Of a DNA stretch of 64,000 nt, positions 58,883-64,000 are shown one piece after another. Each line of letters opens with the position of its first letter. Within the stretch, counting starts at the first letter, position 1. A program made the position numbers and the translations under genes. The notes beneath the pieces are model-generated. The model was not told where the DNA came from. It made no database searches and saw only the letters and a list, made by a program, of their open reading frames with translations. The stretch is taken from IMG/VR virus record IMGVR_UViG_3300015261_000001, positions 62,001 to 126,000 of that record. One strand, written 5' to 3'.

Positions 58883-59761
58883 TTATCCCTTAAGGTCGTA
58901 AGTGAAATCAATGCTGTTCTGGAAAGTTTCCAGAGTACCCTTGTTGTATTTCGGATCGGTTGCCTGGCCGAATGGGGTCTTACCGTACTGTTTGAAAGTC
59001 GATGCCCCGTAAACGAATGCCGTCATCAGGCAAGGTGCTTCAGCCGAAGCGCCGATCACTTTGTTACCCAGCCCGGTGAACATCAACGAACTCACCAGAG
59101 CAATCATGTCTTTCAGACCCAGACCACGGAGCTTATAAAGAACCGGGTTAGCGCGAATCGCGACGGTCAGTTGTTCCAGGGTTGCCAGATGCGGTACATC
59201 TTCGATCACACCCTGAGTGAACTCTTTCTCCATGCCGAACACGGAACGTACGACGTTCTCGCCGACGAACTGAAGGTCGGTGTTCGGTTGTTCAACCAGA
59301 CACACAACGTAGAACGCGAGCAGGACTTTCAGGGTGGTAGCTTCAGTGATATCCAAACCAGCCCGACGAGTGATCAGGTTAGTCAAGGATTCAGCAAAAG
59401 CCTTGGTGGTCATGAAACGCGCTGCCTTCAAAGCAGTGAAACGTTGCTCGGCTACGTCCTGTTGGAGGAACGCCGCCAATTTCATGATGGTGATGTCATT
59501 TGGATTTGTTGCACGGTTCTGTTTATCCCGGAAGGGACGCTCATCATAAACCGTGATGGTTTTGCGAGTGTGCGTCTGAAGTGTCACCGGGAACGCCAGA
59601 GCAGAGAACGGCATCTCCGTAGCGTTAGTCACTACAAACACGTTCTCCTTTTTAGTAGGGGTGAGGTTGTTGCTCAGGTGTAAGGTTTTAATGACTTCGT
59701 CAACCTTATGCTCAGAGCGCAAGAACTTTCCGACCGTTGTGTCATAGGCATTAATCAGCAT
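58883..59761 (-). CDS. Virion structural protein (phiKZ gp28 position)
   Basis: MLINAYDTT start with SD AAGGA, divergent from the sheath gene. Confidence 0.7.
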   Translation of the reverse strand: MLINAYDTTVGKFLRSEHKVDEVIKTLHLSNNLTPTKKENVFVVTNATEMPFSALAFPVTLQTHTRKTITVYDERPFRDKQNRATNPNDITIMKLAAFLQQDVAEQRFTALKAARFMTTKAFAESLTNLITRRAGLDITEATTLKVLLAFYVVCLVEQPNTDLQFVGENVVRSVFGMEKEFTQGVIEDVPHLATLEQLTVAIRANPVLYKLRGLGLKDMIALVSSLMFTGLGNKVIGASAEAPCLMTAFVYGASTFKQYGKTPFGQATDPKYNKGTLETFQNSIDFTYDLKG

Positions 59762-59876
59762 GGTGCGGTTTTCCTTAAAATAACATGTTATGTGCCAGTT
59801 GTATATGACACTGTACGGCCCTGAAAATGGGTACATACGATTGCTTCAACCCAATTTTCCCACGAGGTTTCTCCCC

Positions 59877-62039
59877 ATGACGGTTTTTTCTAATATCGTA
59901 CCGGGTGGTGTGGACAACGGCGGCATCGCGGATCGCTCGATCCCGGAGTACACGATCAACGCTCCGTCGGCGCCGCTCCACCTTCCAGTCGTGCATGTCA
60001 TCACCCCAAAAGGTGCACTGGCAAGCCAAAAAGGCACAGTCTGGATCGCACCCTCCAACTTCACCCAAGTGTTCGGCAACATCTTCGATGAGAAGACCCC
60101 GTACTACAACGCGACGGCCGCGCTGATCCAAGCTCTGGCCAAAGGCAACCAGGGTACCATCGGTGTTCGTCGTCTGTCGGTCAACGAAGAAGTTGCCCGC
60201 GTTGCGATGTCGGCTTACGTTCAGAAGAAGGTCCAACAGGACTACGAGCGTGACTCGGCCGGTCGCTGGAAGTACGACGCGGACGGCAACCGCATCGTTA
60301 TCGTCGGCAAGACGTATGAAGGTGTTGAAGTCACCATCAAGCCCGACGACACCGCTGCGACCCTCGCACCAGGTGAGCTTCAGGTACGTACTATCGCTGC
60401 GAGCGGCGAAGTTCCTGAAACTGTGGTCTATCCTTTGTTCGAAGCCCTCGCTGGCGTCGGTGAAGAATACAACCGCAGCGGCCTGAACCTGGGTGTTCGC
60501 AACGAGATCATGAACTGGCGTTCGGTTTCCGAGTTCGTCCGTTCTACCGGTGTGTTCCCGTTCGACCTGCGTCAATTCGTTGACCCACTGAACGGCGAGC
60601 GTGCATACGCCAAAACCACTACTGGTCGCGACTCGGCGAAGTTCACTCTGTTCCCAACGGATCTGAACAACGTCCAGTACAGCCTGAAGTTCGGTTTCGG
60701 TGCTTACACCGGCACCAACGCCAACCGTCCGTCGAACCCGCAACCTGCGCCGTTCAATGACCTGATCACCTACGACGAAAACATCGACGCGCTTTGCCAG
60801 TTGATGTACGTGGTTGAAAAGGACCACAACGAATCGTTGGTGGAAGTCGGCACTGCTGACCAGTTCTACAAGCAGATGAACCCGTTCACCTGCACCAACC
60901 ACAACGGCGCGCCGTACTACGCCATCAGCACCAACGCCACTATCAAGTGGGATCTGTCGGGCGCGGTGAAGGCTGCCGGCGGTGTATCTCCATTCCTGGA
61001 AAAGGATGGCAAGGTACCGGATTACGTGACCACTCCAGACGTACCGGATCCGTTCGGTCTCCTGGCTGGTCTCGTCCGTCCTCTGACTATCCAGCAAGGT
61101 TGGGAAATCAACAACAAGCTGATGGTCACTGACCTGACTCGTTACGTGAACGGCGTTGAGATGAAAGACGTCACCCGTAACCGTCAGTCGCTGTTCTGGG
61201 ACGTTGGCTACACCCAGGAAGTGAAAGACCTGGCGATGCAGATGCTCGGCCGTCGTAAGGACATCATCGTGATGCCTGACGCCACCGTTTGGACTCCAGG
61301 GCGTTCCAACCCTCTGGAAGAAGTCTACTCGCGTGCCGGCATGCTCACTTCGACCCTGCGCATGACGCCTGAGTCGGAGAAGTGGGGCACCCCAGCAGCT
61401 CGCGCGGCAGTCAACCTCATCGAGGTGAAACTGATCGACGAGAAGACTGGCTGGTACTTCTCGGGCAACATCGACTTGGCTTACGCGTTCGCGTTGTTCG
61501 CCGGTCGTAACAACGGCCTGATCTCGACTCCGCTGTCGCCGGACCACGGTGATAACCGTATCCTGCGTCTGGGTCACAGCCCAACTATCGTCTTCGAAGA
61601 AGATGAAGTGGCTGCTGAGAACTTCGCCAACGGCCACATCAGCCTGCGTCCGTACGACTGGAACACTCAGGTCTACCGCGCCGGTCTGCCAACCGTTTAC
61701 ACCAACCCGGACTCGGTTCTGAAGGACCTGATGACTCCGTTCCTGTGCGTGTGCATGGAGAAGATCTCCGCTGACCAGTGGAAGCTGGTGACTGGCGATA
61801 CCACCATCACGCAGGAGAACTACGCTGCGATCATGAAGGACAACATCGAAGCTGAATGCCGTAAGGCTGTAGGCGGGATGGTCAGTCAGATCACTGCGGA
61901 AACCTCCTTCCAGGAAGGTATCCCAGGTTCGCGTGCCAAACTGAGCGTTGCACTCCATGGCTGGTTCAACAAGGCCAAGTACATGATGGAGTTCGACCTC
62001 TTCGTCCATAACCAACAGGATCTGGCTACTGCGGCTTGA
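59877..62039 (+). CDS. Tail sheath protein (phiKZ gp29-like)
   Basis: 720 aa. Contains sheath-like FWDVGY..VK, PESEKWGT and LPTVY..DSVL. High codon bias, SD GAGG. Confidence 0.88.
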   Translation: MTVFSNIVPGGVDNGGIADRSIPEYTINAPSAPLHLPVVHVITPKGALASQKGTVWIAPSNFTQVFGNIFDEKTPYYNATAALIQALAKGNQGTIGVRRLSVNEEVARVAMSAYVQKKVQQDYERDSAGRWKYDADGNRIVIVGKTYEGVEVTIKPDDTAATLAPGELQVRTIAASGEVPETVVYPLFEALAGVGEEYNRSGLNLGVRNEIMNWRSVSEFVRSTGVFPFDLRQFVDPLNGERAYAKTTTGRDSAKFTLFPTDLNNVQYSLKFGFGAYTGTNANRPSNPQPAPFNDLITYDENIDALCQLMYVVEKDHNESLVEVGTADQFYKQMNPFTCTNHNGAPYYAISTNATIKWDLSGAVKAAGGVSPFLEKDGKVPDYVTTPDVPDPFGLLAGLVRPLTIQQGWEINNKLMVTDLTRYVNGVEMKDVTRNRQSLFWDVGYTQEVKDLAMQMLGRRKDIIVMPDATVWTPGRSNPLEEVYSRAGMLTSTLRMTPESEKWGTPAARAAVNLIEVKLIDEKTGWYFSGNIDLAYAFALFAGRNNGLISTPLSPDHGDNRILRLGHSPTIVFEEDEVAAENFANGHISLRPYDWNTQVYRAGLPTVYTNPDSVLKDLMTPFLCVCMEKISADQWKLVTGDTTITQENYAAIMKDNIEAECRKAVGGMVSQITAETSFQEGIPGSRAKLSVALHGWFNKAKYMMEFDLFVHNQQDLATAA

Positions 62040-62049
62040 GGACTGAAAG

Positions 62050-62952
62050 ATGACAACGAACAACACGAACTACCCTCACCGTACGGCTACCACGTTGCTT
62101 CCAGCAACTGATGCCTTCGTTGAGGCGCTGGACCTCCAGGAACGGCCGGTCATTAACGCCGAACAAGGTGGTCAGTACGGTTGGGCAGGTAACGTTTTCG
62201 AATACCTGACCGCGCAGCCGCATGTAAGCCAGCTTGGCTGGTGCATCATGTTGTCCTCGCCAGCCGCGTTCTCGCGGTTGCCGGGGGGCACCCAACTGCA
62301 CTCCCTGTGCAAATCCTGGTTCGAGAACCGTTCGCAGAGCTTCGAAGGTCTGCGTAACTCGATCGAATTCAGCTTCGGCACCATGGAGTGGACTGGTCAC
62401 GTGCTGTCCATCCCGACTGGCGCGACTCGTTCGCAAGGTCAAGTCAGCCACACCGGCTACGATGTTGAAGGTGAAGTCTTCACCAAGATGTTCGACATCT
62501 GGGGCCGCTGGCTCATCATGGACCCGGAACTGCTCAACGCCAAGATGGTTATCTTGGACGATCCAGGTCCGATGCTGCTGGACGACCAATCGGCCGCTTG
62601 CATCTACTTCGAACCGACGCGCAACATGCGGGACGTTGCTCACGCCGCGATCGTCGTGGGGATCATGCCACGTACCAACGTGCCGATCGAGATCAAGCGT
62701 AACAAGGCCGACGAAAACCAGATCCGTCAGATTCAGATGGAGTTCACTGGTCTCGTCGAGTTCGACACCCTGGCGGTCAAGCAGATTGCTCGCCAGATGT
62801 TGAAGCTGCTGCCGCTGTACAACCCTGACGCAGTTTCTGCGCCTGCTGGCTTCCAGAAGCGTTCTGCTGCTGTGGCTGGCGCGAAGTCGGGTACCGTGGA
62901 ACGCATGACCGCTCAAAAGGCGACCGTGACGAACGCGAACTACATGGGCTAA
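62050..62952 (+). CDS. Tail tube protein (phiKZ gp30-like)
   Basis: 300 aa, directly after the sheath gene, GGQYGW and YFEP motifs. Confidence 0.8.
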   Translation: MTTNNTNYPHRTATTLLPATDAFVEALDLQERPVINAEQGGQYGWAGNVFEYLTAQPHVSQLGWCIMLSSPAAFSRLPGGTQLHSLCKSWFENRSQSFEGLRNSIEFSFGTMEWTGHVLSIPTGATRSQGQVSHTGYDVEGEVFTKMFDIWGRWLIMDPELLNAKMVILDDPGPMLLDDQSAACIYFEPTRNMRDVAHAAIVVGIMPRTNVPIEIKRNKADENQIRQIQMEFTGLVEFDTLAVKQIARQMLKLLPLYNPDAVSAPAGFQKRSAAVAGAKSGTVERMTAQKATVTNANYMG

Positions 62953-62975
62953 TCACCCAAAGCAAAAGTAAGCCA

Positions 62976-63016
62976 CCTACCCCACCCCTTACGGGGTGGG
63001 GTAGGGGTTTATGCCG
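62976..63016. terminator. Hairpin between convergent genes, followed by TTATGCCG
   Basis: CCTACCCCACCCC-TTAC-GGGGTGGGGTAGG. Confidence 0.85.
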
Positions 63017-63018
63017 GT

Positions 63019-63423
63019 TTACGGTAATTTACAGAGTTTGCCATCGACACAGGATAAAGCATCATTCCCGTGGATCATGACTTCCCGGTAAATCTCCAAG
63101 TCCTTGGAGTGGGGGGTCTTGCCTGAGTAAGGTGGGTCGTTGCGTAGCAAGAATGCATCCACCTCCTCATCGCTATACGCCATGGGGAATACAATCTCCC
63201 ATCCGTCGACATGACGGGCAAACCAAGGAACCACGCAACTTGGCCTGCGGACAATCCGTACCTTCCCTGCGTACATACCCAATGTAAAGCTAAAAACACG
63301 ACCCTCGGGGACCTTAGTCAACGAATAGGAAATGCCCTTAGCTTCCCAATGACGCCGTAGCAGCATCAGTACGATCAACACGTAAAGAACCCAGACAAGC
63401 AAATTGGCTGCGATATCTTTCAT
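63019..63423 (-). CDS. Small membrane-anchored hypothetical protein
   Basis: N-terminal TM helix LLVWVLYVLIVLMLL, SD AAGGAG. Confidence 0.7.
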   Translation of the reverse strand: MKDIAANLLVWVLYVLIVLMLLRRHWEAKGISYSLTKVPEGRVFSFTLGMYAGKVRIVRRPSCVVPWFARHVDGWEIVFPMAYSDEEVDAFLLRNDPPYSGKTPHSKDLEIYREVMIHGNDALSCVDGKLCKLP

Positions 63424-63437
63424 GGTGATTGTCTCCT

Positions 63438-64000
63438 TTATGACGAATGACTTCCTAGCACTGATTTAATCTTCCGTTTAAAGAGAGAAATCTCAGAAGC
63501 GAAAACACCCTTGGCTGAATCCGAGATGGTCTCCCATAGATTACCAGTGGGTCCGTAGTAATCCATAAAGAGATTCTGGACTTCCTCCAAACTAGTACCC
63601 CGGTAATGACGCTCAAGAAACTCGTCATAGACTTTCTGGTAATTCTGATTAACCACATCAGTCAAGCGTTTGGTGTTGTGTACCACCAGTTGGAGGCGGG
63701 TGCGGAAAGAAGGACGCAAGCTTTGAGGATTCAGCGGTTTACACGACTGAGTAATAAAGCGTTGCTCTTCTTTACTGAACACCTGGTGTGCATGAAGCCT
63801 CAGGAACATCCATGCAACGCCCGGAGAGGCGTCGTAAGGATAAAGGCTGGTCAATGGATGGCCAGTCTCAAACAACGCTACAATCGCGTACACGAGGCTC
63901 TTGTCGTGCTCCGAGAATTGAGTTGCTTCATTGTTGATGAGCGCTTCGGCTACTTTCAGCGAGTCCCTCAAGTATTTGTGGTCATAGTCATCCTCATCGT
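63438..64000 (-). CDS. Degenerate HD-domain-like protein, 5'-truncated by the window edge
   Basis: Frame is open to the window end (..DEDDYDHKYLRDSL..). AIVALFETGH sits where AALLHDxG would be expected. Confidence 0.5.
   Translation of the reverse strand, partial: DEDDYDHKYLRDSLKVAEALINNEATQFSEHDKSLVYAIVALFETGHPLTSLYPYDASPGVAWMFLRLHAHQVFSKEEQRFITQSCKPLNPQSLRPSFRTRLQLVVHNTKRLTDVVNQNYQKVYDEFLERHYRGTSLEEVQNLFMDYYGPTGNLWETISDSAKGVFASEISLFKRKIKSVLGSHSS

Noticed and set aside
2197-63005. CCCTTTGCGGGG hairpins as a CRISPR array or mobile repeat
   Set aside because: They are dispersed singly at convergent gene ends with variable stems and no spacers, which fits terminators.

Overview
This window is core genome of a phiKZ-related, nucleus-forming jumbo myophage (Chimalliviridae). 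The order tube-sheath-structural-terL-tubulin resembles my recollection of Pseudomonas phage EL. It encodes chimallin, PhuZ tubulin, four non-virion RNAP subunits, one virion RNAP subunit, a family-B DNA polymerase split into two genes ~32 kb apart, an SF2 helicase, an SbcD/Mre11 nuclease, an intein-containing large terminase, tail sheath and tube, and internal head proteins with G-x-E maturation sites. Gene names given by phiKZ synteny come from memory, not from a database search. The most notable features not explained by the ORF track are: (1) a candidate -1 frameshift (T TTT TTT, 11732-11738) fusing a 577-aa CxxC protein to the downstream ORF, in the style of lambda gpG/gpGT; (2) an AT-rich intergenic region (47939-48143) with minus-strand hairpins carrying cGTAg triloops and purine-only mismatches, a candidate ssDNA origin or packaging signal; (3) two tandem terminator-bounded candidate sRNAs (46042-46415), one with anti-Shine-Dalgarno and anti-start loops; (4) a tandem HslV/proteasome-beta pair behind an early-type promoter, one canonical and one with substituted catalytic residues; (5) a class-3 intein beginning with Leu; (6) two arrays of small proteins sharing a beta-alpha-beta-hairpin pattern.
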